Below, piece by piece: positions 25,346 to 39,221 of a stretch of 64,000 nucleotides of DNA. The position numbers and the translations under genes are program-made. The notes under the pieces are model-generated. The model worked only from the letters and a program-made list of their open reading frames with translations, was not told the DNA's origin and did no database searches. The stretch covers positions 114,452,001-114,516,000 of the forward strand of contig OX597819.1 in NCBI GenBank assembly GCA_951406725.2, written 5' to 3'. Position 1 is the first letter of the stretch. Each line of letters opens with the position of its first letter. This DNA comes from Octopus vulgaris. Lineage: Eukaryota.

Positions 25346-26384
25346 ATACTTGGTCCTATGAACCACACCTGTGCTTGTAGTCATGCCTACAACTTATTTC
25401 ATATTTGAATTGGTTGGCAGTAGCATCATTCAATGCTTATAGGTTTTCGGTGGGTCAAACATTGGTTCATTACATTTCTATTAGTGAAAATGAAAAGAGA
25501 ATGCTTATCACTTGATACTAACAAAATATTGGATAGGACTTCATTCAAAGAGCACTGATTTTTTGTTTTTGTTTCATAACCACTGTCTACAGTCTTAAAC
25601 AATCTATATATGAGGAAATCACAGACACAGACCCCGCCACTACATACACTTGTACACACATAAGTGACTCACAATTTCCTTCTACCAGCTTCCACTTTCA
25701 AAGAAGTTATAGTAGAAGATATCTGTCCAAGGTGCTGTGCAACAAGATCGAACCCAAAACCATGTAGTTGCAAAGTGAACTTCTTAACAACACAACTATG
25801 CCTACTCTCATAAACAGATTTAAAAAAGAAAAAAAAAACAAATGCTGAAAAACGTTATTGTTTACCAACAAGTCAGCCTTGAAGGAACATCTAGAATACC
25901 TAAAGGTATTATAACTGTGACCATCCTGACTTTTGTGAGGATTATCCATTAGGTTCTACCCATATTTTATGAGGGGGTTCTGGCTGCTATCTCCAACAGG
26001 TCAAGCTCCCTGGTTGACTTATATCTTTGAAATATTATTAATAAGGTGACAGTACTGAACCATTATTTCACCTATTTGCCTATCTATAACATCACCCATT
26101 TGATACAGATGTTCACATATGATTGTAAATATCAAATATCAATGTTGGTATTTCATTAATGTTGTGTGTGACTTTTTATGCACCCCCTACACACCCACAC
26201 ACCTCCCACGAAACAGAGAATTAGGTTACTATAATCGTGCTGTCTCTCAAATGAACAGATTGTAGTGTAGGTATAAACATCTACTCACACACTTTACCTG
26301 TCAGTTTCATTAGTTACACATAGCATGGGCCAGTATATTAAATCTGATAAGGAACTGAAGTGAAATATAAAAAATATTTCCCTA

Positions 26385-26872
26385 AATGATATGCTGGTCT
26401 ATATCTTAAAATATTCCCAGATGTTGTACCACTTACTTTCAAATATCTAGATAAACTGAAGCATATAGCATCAAGGTTACTGTGTAATTACAAAAAATAT
26501 TCAGTGGATTGAAAGAAACACTGATGAAATGATAGCCATCACCTAATAGAAACTTTGTTATGAACTTGAGGTAAGTACTCTACTGAGACAACCACAGGGG
26601 AAAACTGAAGAAAAAACAGAGATTACATTCGTGAACTGAATTACAAGAAAGCAAGATCAATCAGAATACACAGAACTGGTGTATCAACACTCCTTCATAC
26701 ACTTCACTATCAGTCTGATACATTCAGTCAGTTTCTCATGTGAAAAAGTTTTTCTTCTGGATAATAAGCTGGTCTAACTCAGAGTATTCTCAGATTTACT
26801 TCAATCATTAGGTAAATTGAGGCATATAGAAAGAAGTCTACTGTGTAATTACTTAACGCAGCAGTGGATTTC
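26385..26872 (+). repeat. Diverged local direct duplication (~120 bp)
   Basis: 26392-26510 (GCTGGTCTA..TATTCCCAGAT..GCATATAG..TACTGTGTAATTAC..CAGTGGATT) recurs at 26768-26870. Confidence 0.65.
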
Positions 26873-27344
26873 TACCATTCAAAATATTGGAATATACATC
26901 AGTAACAATGATGGCCCAATAATTACTGATACACTAATGTTGAACATCAACTCTTTTCTCCCCTCTCAAGATAAAACATTGAGCAACTGACAGCTGATTT
27001 AGTCAAGCGAATATAGTATTGAATGAGCAACTCATAAATCTTTAGTTCAGTTCCATTGCAGGTGTTTTATTATGTATATAATCAGTGCAGCATGTACTGC
27101 AGGTGTGTATTTGGGTTATGAATTCAACTTCAGACATGCAAAAGACACCCAATCATTGAGATATATGACAACAATAGAACATATCCAAGAAATATCATTC
27201 ACTTCACACAATAAAACAAGAGGAAAACACCAGATCCACCAGTGAGGAAACCTCTATGAAGTTGCTCAATGCACTAAAAATAGTATCCAAATATCGCTTA
27301 AATCCTATTTTATTTGAAAAATGGAAGAATAAATAAAATAAATA

Positions 27345-27348
<4 letters not shown>

Positions 27349-27414
<66 letters not shown>
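27349..27414. repeat. (TA)n microsatellite
   Basis: Uninterrupted TA run of about 65 bp. Confidence 0.95.
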
Positions 27415-27417
<3 letters not shown>

Positions 27418-28929
27418 ATAATGTAGCTTTGGATATATTAGATCTTAAATAAAGACAGGATGATTAGAGCATCGTCAGACTGTTGATCATTGGCCTACTG
27501 AATCAGGGTTGAGTAGGGGTTAAACAATAACAGCCAGCAATCCTTTAGAGCTGAGGACTCATCTACATTTTGCACCAGTTTTCTTTGTCTGCATCAACTG
27601 AACTCCTATCAATGAGTTTCGTGTTGCTGCATGCATCAAAGTCTCACTGCATTGAAAGATATTGATGTTATAGTACAGTGGGGTTATTTATAGATTTACA
27701 TTTTTATCACATTTCCAAGCAATAGTATCATTAGTTACATTTCTAGCAGAATAATCATATAATATTTATGATGGTGAGAATGACAAGGGAGTGTCAGTGC
27801 AACTTGGACAAACAAATACCACACGAGATACTTCAATTTAAAATCACTGGTTTCTCAGTTTTTGTCATCAATGTTAACATCTTTTACCAATATACAACAG
27901 CAAAGATATATATATCATTGTCGTTGTTTAACGTCCTCCTTCCATGCTGGTATGGGTTGGATGGTTTGACAGGAGTGAGCCAGGAAGGGGCCTGCACCAT
28001 GCTTCTGTGTCTGTTTTGGTATGGTTTTTATGGTTGGATGCCCTTCCTAACACCAACCAATCCATAGAGTGGACTAACACTAACCAGCCTGTAGAGTGGG
28101 CTGTATATCATCATCATTTAACATCCGCCTTCCATGCATGCATGGGTAAGATGGTTGTCAGGAGCCAGCCAGGTAGAAAACAACCCTAAGCTACTGTGTC
28201 TGCTTCAGCAGGGTTTTTATGGCTGGATGTCTTTCCTAATACCAACCATTCAGCAGAGTGGCCCCATTGCTTTTTACGTGGCACTAGTACAGGCAAGGTT
28301 AGTTTTGGAAGAGTGAGGGAGAGAGACAGAGAGAGAGGGAAAGAGAGAGGGGGAGAGAGAGAGAAGGAGAGACAGAGAGAGTAAGAAACAGCAAAAGTCT
28401 AAGAGAGAGCAGGAGAGTGATGGTGAAGTGCTGGGATATACTCACAAGTTACAAGAATCAGAGCATAGATGTAATGGTAGAGTAAGAAAGAGAGAGCTAC
28501 AAAGGTCATAATGTATGCAGTCAGGTATTGCCAAGAAGGTGACTGGCTGCATGATTGAAAAGTTTTCTTTCCAACCACAAGGTTTCAGGTTCAGACTTGT
28601 TCTCTAGCTCCTTGGGTAAGAGCAAGTATCTTCCTACAGCCCTGGACTGACCAAAGACTGACCAAACAGAAATATATGCACATGAAGGTCTGTGTAATTT
28701 TTGACTTGATATTGCATGACAGTTGTAAATGAGTGTCACCATCAGGCAAACAGTGTCATTCATTTCTAATATTCTGCAAAAACATGTATGGCCATGAGGA
28801 AATACTATCTTACTTGGAAACAGGTAAGGGTTGACAACAAAAAGGGCATCCAACTATTAAAACATCTGCTTCAATAAACTCTGTCTAACCCTTGTCCACA
28901 TGGAAAAGTGGACATTCAAATAATGATGA

Positions 28930-29015
28930 TATATATACACATATATTCATACTTCTATACATATACACATATATTCATACTTTTATACATATACACATAT
29001 ATTCATACTTTTATA
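28930..29015. repeat. 28-bp tandem repeat x3
   Basis: ATATACACATATATTCATACTT(C/T)TATAC repeated three times. Confidence 0.85.
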
Positions 29016-29049
29016 CATATACACATACATACAGATAGATAGATAGATG

Positions 29050-29362
29050 TCATTTAAATATTTATGAGCATGTTTATATATGCATTTATGTGCATGAGAA
29101 TATACACATAAAGCAAAACATACAAATCTGCACATATACATACATACACACATACATACATACATACATACATACATACATACATACATACATACATACA
29201 TACATACATACATACATACATACATACATACATACATACATGCATACATACAAACAAAAATATCCTGTTGATGTTGAAATTCCAATAAAGGAGCTTTGAG
29301 TCTAGGTTAGAAACTGGCTCTTTCTCTATTGGCAAGAAATCTTGAAATAAAACTGAACAATG
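29050..29362 (+). mobile_element. R4/Dong-type LINE 3' UTR copy with expanded (TACA)n
   Basis: Matches 30732-31112 (TCATTTAA..ATGAGCATG..GTTGAAATTCCAAT..TCTAGGTTAGAAA..ATTGGCAAGAAATCTTGAAATAAAACTG). Confidence 0.8.
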
Positions 29363-29400
<38 letters not shown>

Positions 29401-30353
29401 GATGATGATGATGATGATGATGATGTACAAACATATATGCATATGTGACAGGTTTTTATACAGGTCCCATCAACCAAATAAAATTACAATGGCATTGTTC
29501 AACACAAGGTTACAGTAGAAGTCAACTACCCATGTGGTTGCTAAGTGGAACTGAATCTAGAAGAACATTGTTGTAAACTTTTTAAGTACCCAGTCATGCC
29601 TATGTAATCATACTTGGTAACTAATGGTAATAACTGAGGTTATTTTGGGTCACATATTACTAATATTAAACAAATGACCTCATGTAATATCTGTTCAGAC
29701 TAGACCTACTTCTGTAAAGAGTTGAAAACAAAAAACAACTAAATCTAAAGTCTGTGTTCAATTAACAAACGACCATATTCTGTTCCAAATAATAACTGAT
29801 CAATATTAGTGAGTGCAAACATGCATGATGGAACAAAGAGACGAAAGTGTAATTTGAATGGTTGATAGCACTGAAGAAATCTTGTGCAGTAATTACATGT
29901 TCATTGGTGTGTGTATGTGTCTATACATACATACAAACCCACAATATGGTAGAAGCCATAGCCACACATGATAAAAAGGAATACTGGTGGAATGTCCCAC
30001 TGAAAACCTCAATAAAATGTAAACACAATAGACCTGATATAATGACTTGGGACAGAGAAGAGAAACTGTGTTCAGTTGTGGAAATCAGCTGCTCAGTGGA
30101 TGTTAACATAAAGCTGAAGATCTGTTAAAAAGAGAATACCTACGATGAACTATTGAGAAATCTACAGTTACTCTATCCAGATTACAAGTTCAGGCTTATG
30201 CCTGTAATTATTGGGGCACTGGGATATGTAACACACTGCACAAATACCAATCTTGAGAAATTAGGCTTCTCAAAACCAGAAAGGAGAAAGCTGATTCAAA
30301 GACTATAGATCAAAGCCATCACTGGAACTGCAAAAATCTGTAAAACTTTAAAG

Positions 30354-30731
30354 ACTTACAAACAATAACTCTGAGTACCTTTTCAAACTCCACCTGTCTA
30401 ACACCTGTGGACATGTTTACAAAGTCAGAAAACAGCACAGCTCCCATGACTTTCGGAAATATTTTTTCACGCTAAGAATTGCTGAAGCATGGAACAGACT
30501 GCCAGCATCAGTTGTTAGTTGTCAGAGCACTGCATCCTTCAAAACTTCCATGCTTCCTGAGATTCGCCAACACTACACCTGATTTTCTCCCCTCCATACA
30601 CACGCAAGCATGTATCTGACTCATACACTGTTCGCTTTCCAGACATTTGTACATTACTGCATATACTTTAAATGCACTTTTTGACAAGTTGTGGTGCACC
30701 TGAGCACTGTATACAATAATTTCATTGTATT
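30354..30731 (+). mobile_element. CR1-clade LINE 3' end nested in the R4 element
   Basis: Translates TCGHVYKVRKQHSSHDFRKYFFTLRIAEAWNRLPASVVSCQSTASFKTSM, the CR1 ORF2 C-terminus (GH..K...R..FF..R....WN.LP..VV....FK), followed by a 3' UTR and ATT-like tail. Confidence 0.85.
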
Positions 30732-30897
30732 AAGTTTATCATTTAAGTATATATGAGCATGTCTAGATATGGAAGTATATGCATGAGAAGACATACGTAA
30801 AACAAAACATACATATCTGCTTGTATACATACATACATACATACATACATACATACATACATACATACAAACAAACAAGCAAAAATACCTTGTTAAT

Positions 30898-31012
30898 CAT
30901 CATCATCATCATCGTTTAACGTCCGCTTTCCATGATAGCATGGGTTGGATGATTTTGACTGAGAGCTGGCGAACCAGATGGCTGCACCAGGCTCTAATCT
31001 TGATCTGGCAGA
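30898..31012 (-). mobile_element. Truncated SINE family A with 6-bp TSD inside the R4 3' UTR
   Basis: GTTAAT at 30892-30897 and 31013-31018 flanks (CAT)n-GTTTAACGTCCGCTTTCCATG...GATCTGGCAGA. Confidence 0.85.
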
Positions 31013-31619
31013 GTTAATGTTGTTGAAATTCCAATGAAAGAGCCTTGGGTCTAGGTTAGAAATGCACTTTGTCTTTATTGGCAAGAAATCTTGAAATAAA
31101 ACTGGATAATGATATACATACATACATACATACATGTATGAATGAGTGCACAAACTAAAGACAGTGGTACTCAACACATTTGATTTGAGTTACATATATT
31201 GCCAATATCAGCTTGACTTAACTCCATAAGTTTCACAGGTATGTAGGACACATCAATCTAATGTTTTTGCAAGTGACTATACATACTCCACCAATTTGCA
31301 GTATCCATCAACAGAATGGATGAACTTTCTTATTATTGATATCAGAAGTATGCCCTATTAAAGAACTTTAAGCTAGTGGCAGCTAACAATGCTAATATAG
31401 CACCCTAGGCTTAACTATCCTACATGCAAGGGCAGGATATTTAATCCCTGCTATCCATACAGACTATGGTCCCACCCATGAAGATCATCCAACCTCTATT
31501 GTAAAACTTCTACTGTAAACAAACACTGTCAAATTTAGTTACTCCCACGCTAATGTGTTAATACTCTACTTTACAACAACTGGGCTACTGACCCATGTAA
31601 AATTCCACCCTACCAGTGG

Positions 31620-31662
31620 AGTATAGTATTCAGCACTAGTATAGTGCTGAATACACTATACT
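31620..31662. repeat. Near-perfect short foldback hairpin
   Basis: AGTATAGTATTCAGCACTA-GTA-TAGTGCTGAATACACTATACT (one 2-nt indel). Confidence 0.8.
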
Positions 31663-31920
31663 AGAGCCAGCCACCAAAGTGGTGCCAATGTCACGCCCTG
31701 TCCAAGCATGTGGGCCTAAAAATAAAGAAAACACCTGGTATCATTTTACCATTAAGACCATGTAACCTGAGCCAAACAACAGATGCCTAACATTTAGAAG
31801 TCATCTTGAATTTGTCTCAAATCTCTTACTCTTCTCTGAATATTTAATGAAGTGGATATATGCTACACACCCATGAAACTTTAAGTCATATGGATCTGAG
31901 TTGAATTGTTATATATATAT

Positions 31921-32222
31921 CATCATCATCATCATCATCATTTAGCGTCCGTTTTCCATGCTAGCATGGGTTGGACGGTTTAACTGGGGTCTGTGAAGCC
32001 GGAAGGCTTCATCAGGCCCAGTCAGATTTGGCAGTGTTTCTACGGCTGGATGCCCTTCCTAACGCCAACTACTCCGTGAGTGTAGTGGGTGCTTTTTACG
32101 TGCCACCTGCACAGGTGCCAGACAGAGCTGGCAAAATGGCCACGAACGGATGGTGTTTTTATGTGCCACCGGCACGGGGGCCAGGCGAGGCTGGCAACAG
32201 ACACGAACGGATGGTACTTTAC
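31921..32222 (-). mobile_element. SINE family A with internal GTGCTTTTTACGTGCCACC repeats
   Basis: Near-identical to 5594-5835 and 39222-39500. Confidence 0.85.
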
Positions 32223-33016
32223 ATACACAAAACATCATTTCCATTTTAATGTCCACTTTCTATGTTTGCATGGGCCAGACAGAATTTGTTGAGGTTAATA
32301 TTTTATGGCCAGATGCCCTGTCTGTCACCAACCCTCATCTCTTCCCAAGTAAGGTAATATTTCCCCATGGCCATACATGTTTCACAAAGAAATTAGAAAC
32401 TAAGGACACTGCTTGTAATACTGACACTTGTTTACAACTGTCATGTTACACACATACAAAAACAAATATACATACGCACGCACGCACACACACACACATA
32501 TATGATGGGCTTCTTTTTGTTTCTGTCCACCAGATCTACTCACAAGGCTTTGGAGGAAAACACCCAAGGTGCCACGCAGTGGACTAAACCCAAAACAATG
32601 TGGTTAGGAAGTAAACTTCTTACCGCACAGTTCTGTTTGTGCCTAACACACCTGTGCTTAATTATATATGAGGAAAGTGTATCTTGGAGAGCTCATCCCA
32701 CCAAGAAACATCTGTATGGAGATCTCCCATCTCCATGTTTCTAACATTATAAGGGAAAGGTGCTTGCGCTTTGCAGGACATAGCTGATAAGTAACCTGCT
32801 GCTATGGGTGCCAATGCACAGCCATACTCAAGCTGTTTGTCTGAACACAATGTACATATGTCAACTCAGAGACACTGGATGCCTCCCTGAAGATCTACCT
32901 TAATGTAGGACCATGATGGGCAGCATGTGTGGATTAAAAGCAAGATATGAAAATATGAAGAAACAACGAATGATTCAATTGTTATTTAGAATTTTGCATA
33001 CAAAGTATATATGTAA

Positions 33017-33398
33017 CTCTCTTTACTCTTTTACTCTTTTACTTGTTTCAGTCATTTGACTGCAGCCATGCTGGAGCACCGCCTTTAGTCGAGCAAATCG
33101 ACCCCAGGACTTATTCTATCGATCTCTTTTGCCGAACCGCTAAGTGACGGGGACGTAAATACACCAGCATCGGTTGTCAAGCAATGCTAGGGGGACAAAC
33201 ACAGACACACAAATACATACATATATATATACATATATACGACAGGCTTCTTTCAGTTTCCGTCTACCAAATCCACTCACAAGGCATTGGTCGGCCTGGG
33301 GCTATAGCAGAAGACACTTGCCCAAGATTCCACGCAGTGGGACTGAACCCGGAACCATGTGGTTGGTTAGCAAGCTACTTACCACACAGCCACTCCTG
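33017..33398 (-). mobile_element. SINE family C, young full-length copy
   Basis: Minus strand: CAGGAGTGGCTGTGTGGTAAG (A box) ... GGTTCAGTCCC (B box) ... TTGGGCAAGTGTCTTC ... tail (AAAGAGTA)n. Many intact CpGs. Confidence 0.9.
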
Positions 33399-34726
33399 AT
33401 CAGACAATCTATAATAAGAGCATTTTCTTGATTGTCTGTCACAAACTAGCCTCAAATCAAGTTGATTTTCAAATAATTTAGTTGGAGAAATGAAATGACA
33501 GCAATTTTATTCAATTTATTCATGGACTTCACATATTCAGCTTAAGCAAACAATAAGGTTTGTGTTTTATTTTTGGTCAAAATCTATTTTTCCTTCACAT
33601 TCCACCAAATAAGTAAATAAATGAAATTATAATAATAAATATATAAATGGCTGTGAACATTTTGCTCTTAAATACCACAATAGACTGTGTCACAAAAGGA
33701 AAAAGATAAAGGTAAGAGACTAAAAGAAGAAAGAGAAAAGTAATGAAAATAGCAACAGGCTTACTAAAATAGTCAATTCTACTGAAAACCTATTTTGAAT
33801 CATTGAATGCAGTTCCTGCTACTACTTGGAGCTAATTATTTTTAAGGTGTGTAAACTTTTATTACAAAAATCTTCAGTCAGTAAAACAGTGGGTTCTGCT
33901 GTTTGTATGGTAAATATATTATTTTCCACTTAAATATTAGCTTGTATACAACAATTGTGAAATTAAAAAAAGCTATGGAAACATTCCTTTTTGGGAATAA
34001 AAATAATTCACTGAAACTTATCATTTACCACTTTATTTATGTACGTGAAAGCCTTTGCTAAGATATTTTCCTGAAATGTTACATTAATGATGTTGGCAAA
34101 ATTATCATTAAAAAAATTCATTTTGACATTCATCATCTGCTGCAAATATTACTTATATATGCACATATATTTATAAATTTGAGAGCTTTTATGAGATTAC
34201 TTGACTTGTTAGAAATAACAGCCAAGTCACCTTCAAATTAGCCAGAAAGAATATTATAATGATGAAAATAAAACCTCGACTAAGAATGGTGTTTATAAAG
34301 AAGTCATGCAAATATTGCACAATGTATATATTAAATTTGGAGACAGAAATAGAAAGAAACCCAACACAAACTCACACACATACACAGTGGTCAAGAAGGA
34401 TTAAATAGAAAGTCAGCAGAATGAACAAGGGGGACAAAGTGAGTGCGTATATACAATCCTGTCTTAATGAAGCAGTGAAAATACCTGCAGATTACTCTAT
34501 CAGGAAAGATATAGGATTAGAGAGCTCATATGGTTTACGCGGTGATTACATACTAATGGAACTCTTAGGAAACTTCTTAATTTGAATCAAGGTAGTTTAT
34601 CCACTGAGACTTCTCTACAATTAATAAGAAATTAATTGGGCCTATGACTAATATGTGAGATTAATGAATGGAAAGAATGAAACTTGAACATAGAACATAA
34701 AGAAAATAAGTATATATTTATCTTAC

Positions 34727-34764
<38 letters not shown>

Positions 34765-36004
34765 TATGTGCATATTCACTCACCACCATCAATATCAATC
34801 GATCAATATCTTATTCTATATTTTCCCCACCACTCATACAAAACTTTATCCTAAATCTGCCTGGCACTCCTTGTTTGCAAACAGTAACATAATTCCAGCT
34901 TCCCACTCCATCTTTCTTTCTTCCTCTGTATTTCTTTTTCCTCATCTCGCCCACCATCTCACCTAGAATCAATTGATCAGTTCAATAGTGAGCAGAATCT
35001 TATTAAAACAACATGATTCCTGTTGAGATGACTCAAGTTATATAATGGCTGAGGAGAAAGGAAGAAAATAAAGAATGACAACAAGAATGGAACAATGAAT
35101 GAATGAAAAAATTAATAAATAAATATAACAAAATAACTGCAGCAAACAAATTCTTTGTTGGATTAAAACAACAGGTTTCAGTGTTTTGTTGGGTACGTGG
35201 GTAGCAGTTTTGGGTAGATAGGTATGAATAGCCTCTTTGTGAAGTTGATTGGAGTTTTTATCTTTCTTTCTTTTACACCCTCTACTTTACACTATTTTCT
35301 GTTTTACAAACACATACACACACATACATACATACATCTACACACACCTTCCCTTTTTTGTATTCACTTTGCATTATATATTACTTTCCTCTTTCCAGTA
35401 GTCATATTCTTTTTCTCTGTTCTTTTCCCTTGTCTTTGTTATAGTTCCCAGGCATATCTATCTAGCTATCTATCTATCTTTCTATATTCATTCACATTAT
35501 CTCTTGCGTTTTTACTCTTTTTGACCACCTTTATTTATATACTAAATCTCTTCTCTTCATTGTAATCTGTCCCCCTCTCTTATCTGTATGCTCATTTTTT
35601 ATCTCTTCCCTCACATTTTTATGCTCAATCTCACCATACATGGTTTCTATGGCTCTTTATTATTTGCCTCTACTCCCAAACTTCCTCCACCTCACCTCTC
35701 AGTCTACAAAGAACAATCTGTTTTACAAACAAAAAGTTAATATAATTTTGATAGCACAGACATATTCAGAGTACCTGGAAGAAGAGTGGGAGTGATAACA
35801 GAGGAGTCAACACCAAAGGCAAGGATGAAGTTTGGTTTAGCAACCCCCTGCAACAGTCACCCTCAACCCCATAGCTATTATGTCCGTTTGTTTGTTTGTT
35901 TTTCTATTTTTCATACAAAATATGCTGGGCAAGTAAACGACCCATAAAGTCTTCAGGCATCATCTTTCAATTCTACATCACCTCCTCAGTGAAATAATAA
36001 TAAT

Positions 36005-36216
36005 ATTTTCTACGGTAGGCACAAGGCCTAATGTTCTGGGGGAGGGGTAAGTCGATTACATCGACCCCAGTCCTTGACAGGTACTTAATTTATCGACCCT
36101 GAAAGGAGGAAAGGCAAAGTCGACCTCAGCAGAATTTGAACTCAGAACATAGTGACTGGCGAAATACTGCTAAGCATTTTGCCTGGTGTGCTAATGATTC
36201 TACTAGCTTGCCGCCT
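36005..36216 (-). mobile_element. SINE family B full copy
   Basis: Reverse complement of the 21306 family (GGCGGCAAGCTAGTAGAATCATTAGCAC...GTTCTGAGTTCAAATTCTGC...GTCGACTTTGCCTTT). Confidence 0.85.
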
Positions 36217-36239
36217 AAGTGAGATAATAACGATGTAAT

Positions 36240-36510
36240 CATAATGAACTTATTGTATACAGTGCTCAGGTGCACTACAGCTCATCAGAAAAAGTAATCA
36301 AAAGTACACAAACAGTACAGAGAATATACACAGGAAGTGAACAGTGAATGAGTCATTTAAAAACAAAGGAGGGGAAGCATCAGGAGTACTGTTTGTAAAT
36401 TTCAGGAAGCATGGAAGTTTTGGAGGACACATCATCCCAACAGCTAACAGCTGATGCAGATAGTTTATTCCAAGCTTCAGCAATTCTGAGCATGAAAAAA
36501 TGTTCCTAAA
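36240..36510 (-). mobile_element. CR1-type LINE 3' end
   Basis: TATTGTATACAGTGCTCAGGTGCAC...CAGGAAGCATGGAAGTTTTG...GCTTCAGCAATTCTGAGCATGAAAAAA is the reverse complement of 30460-30720. Confidence 0.8.
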
Positions 36511-37243
36511 ACATTTTCAGTTTTGTTTAAACTTCCTTTCTGATATTTTATATTTACACGTTTACTTCCATTGTGGGCAGACATTTCATCAACTTTATTT
36601 TTTTTTTTTTAATGGATTTCTTTTCCTTTTAATTGCTTTTCATTTATTTGCTAGAGATGGTTGAATGGTTTTCATTTCCAAGTGAATAATATGTCTATGG
36701 GGTACTGACATGTGGGATGGGGGCAAGAAGTTTATTTCACACTCACATAGTGCTGGGTTTGATTCCACTAAATGGCACTAGAGGTCCAGTCTCTTCTACC
36801 ATAGTAGTGAGATGACCAATGCTTATAAGTGGAATTTCACAAATTGAAACTGTGCAGAAGCCTGCCATGTTATTTTTCTTTACCCAACTGTATGTGTCTA
36901 TAAATATTTTTGAGGTTAAAAATCAACTCCATCAATTATTCAGTGTTCAAGTTTCATGCATCCAAATTTACATGCACAGACATCCATGCACAGACAGACA
37001 GACAGATAGATAGATAGATAGATACACACACGCATTCAATCTATTTCATAAATGTAAAAGAAAAAGTGAAATGTGTATGAAATATAAATAACAAGGATAT
37101 GGGAGAAAAATATTTTAAGAAAAACATATTTTTTTCCATTTATTTACATGGAAGTCTTATAGAAAGGCTTCTTAAGCTAAAGAAGCTAAAGATAATTGAT
37201 ACAGATAATGCGTTTAACCTACTAAAACGAAGTAAATGGAAAA

Positions 37244-37475
37244 TGTATGTATGTGTGCATGTATGTATGTACGTATGTGTGTATGTATGTATGTGTGCAT
37301 GTATGCATGTGTGCATGTATGCATGTATGTATGTATGTATGTGTGCATGTATGTATTATGTGTGCATGTATGTATTATGTGTGCATGTATGTATTATGTG
37401 TGCATGTATGTATTATGTGTGCATGTATGTATTATGTGTGCATGTATGTATTATGTGTACATGTATGTATGTACA
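37244..37475. repeat. TATG/TGCA microsatellite containing a 19-bp minisatellite
   Basis: ATGTGTGCATGTATGTATT repeated about 6 times at ~37340-37455. Confidence 0.9.
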
Positions 37476-38029
37476 AGTGAGTGTGTGTGTGTAGCACTAA
37501 ATTGGGATATACATTTACACATGCATTTTCCATCATTGTTATTTCATGTCCAATTGTCTGTGCTTGTATGGGTTAGAAGCTATTTTCTTTACCATAGCAA
37601 TGTTTTATGGCTGGGTGTAGTAGCATAGATGAAGATGTGTGGGCAATCTACTCTTTCAGTTCACTCTAAGAGATACTTTTATGTGAGCAGCACTTTTAGG
37701 TCTGCTGTAGAAGCCTGTAAAGGCTGTGGGAGCCCAAGAATGTAAATTTAAGGGCTGCCCTGGGTAGCACACTCTAGTTACTTCTTTTCTATTGTCATAT
37801 CTCATAACTTCCTCATGACATGCTGAGATGTGATGTATCTATTCTAAAATTGATACACAACTGGAAAAACAACCAAGTGCTGTGCTCCATACTATGGGAT
37901 TCTTTCCAAACTTCCTCAAGACATCTTGATGCAAATATCAATATGTAATATGTGGAAAGGACAGAGTACATAACGTTTAAAGAAATAGTGATACAACATA
38001 CTCTTAATATCTAAATATATGGACAAGAC

Positions 38030-38382
38030 TGGCATGACTGTGTGGTAAGAAGCTTGCTTCCCAACCATATCATTCTCAGTTCAGTCCCACTACATGGCAC
38101 CTTAGGTAATTGTCTTCTACTATAGCCTCAGGCTGGCCAAAGCCATGAGTGGATCTTGTAAACAGAAACTAAAAGAAGCCTATTATGTGTGTGTGTACCT
38201 TTATGTGCATCCCGCACCATCACTCAACAACTGGTGTTGGTGTGTTCACATCCCTGTAATTTAGTAGTTTGGCAAAAGAGAACCAATAGAATAAATAGCA
38301 GGTTATAAAAAAAAAAAGTACTGGGTGTCAATTCATTTGACTAAAAATTCTTCAAAGCGGTGTCTCATGTAAAAGATAAAAG
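38030..38382 (+). mobile_element. SINE family C
   Basis: GTGTGGTAAGAAGCTTGCTTCCCAACC..GTTCAGTCCCACT..AAAGAAGCC..GGCAAAAGAGAACCAATAGAATAA. Confidence 0.8.
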
Positions 38383-39221
38383 ACACTAAATATGTTGAAA
38401 AATTGATACACAAAAATCCTGTCCAATTATGAAACCTGAGAGCCTTCAAAAAGTTTCTGGTGATATGGAATAAGAATACCTTATCTGTATGGAGCAAAGG
38501 AAATGGCAATCACAGAGTCTCAACAGCAATGAAATCTGTAGGCAGAATGGCTCAAAGTCAAAATATCCCCTGCCCAATTGTTAAATTTTAGAAGCAGTTT
38601 CACCTTGTGCATAGAGCATCATGTCAAGCTTGAATAATATTGTAGCAATAGCTTTTATGATGCTTACTTTAAACATAAATTTGAGTGCCGGCCAGCTCCA
38701 ACATCCTTAATTATTAATTATTTGTTAATAAAGATATTATTAATAAAATATTGGAATAATTGCTTCATATGTATACACACACACACACACATTATATATA
38801 TACACACACTCACATATATATATATATATATATATAAATTTAAAGACAACCATATTTAATCCTAAATTCCCAAGGAAAAAATTTTTCATTGTTATTTTTA
38901 TTTATTTTACACTTCTATTTTATTGACTTAAAAGGCTTTAGAATAGTTCCCCTCTTAACTTTCTAAATTCCTGATTATCCAAATAGGTAATTCTCTAAAT
39001 TTTAATGTTATCTAATTAGTCTTATTATATTTCATTTTATTGTATTTTATTTTAGTTTATTTTGTGTTGTCTTAAGCAACATTGGGCCCCTTAGAGCATA
39101 TATCATTTATTTATTTATTTATTTATTTTACCCCTTATTAACAGTTTTAATAGCCAGTCTTTTGTTTTTAAATTCTAACTGACCTATTGTATCAGGTGTT
39201 TAACCCTGGTCTACCTCACTT

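Larger units (their letters stand above)
29933..31112 (+). mobile_element. 5'-truncated R4/Dong-clade non-LTR retrotransposon (restriction-like endonuclease domain plus 3' UTR), pseudogenised and interrupted by two insertions
   Basis: Frame encodes EYWWNVPLKTSIKCKHNRPDIMTWDREEKLCSVVEISCSVDVNIKLKIC*KENTYDELLRNLQLLYPDYKFRLMPVIIGALG, i.e. the NRPD...E..K..Y..L...PVIIGALG RLE signature. Flanked by (CATA)n. Confidence 0.85.

Noticed and set aside
26515-26570. CTGATGA...GAAAC hammerhead-like spacing
   Set aside because: No stem I, and stem II is not adjacent to GAAA.
32878-32928. CTGAAGA followed by hairpin TCTAC-CTTAAT-GTAGG
   Set aside because: GAAA core is missing and stem I is unconvincing.
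34484-34615. Minus-strand segment with AG/GT boundaries
   Set aside because: Stop codons in all three frames; not a coding exon.
37099-37628. Long ORFs rich in C/V/M/Y/H/T (also 28983-29434, 51901-52275, 13921-14274, 53631-54122)
   Set aside because: Translations of (TG)n/(TATG)n microsatellites and SINEs; no domain content.
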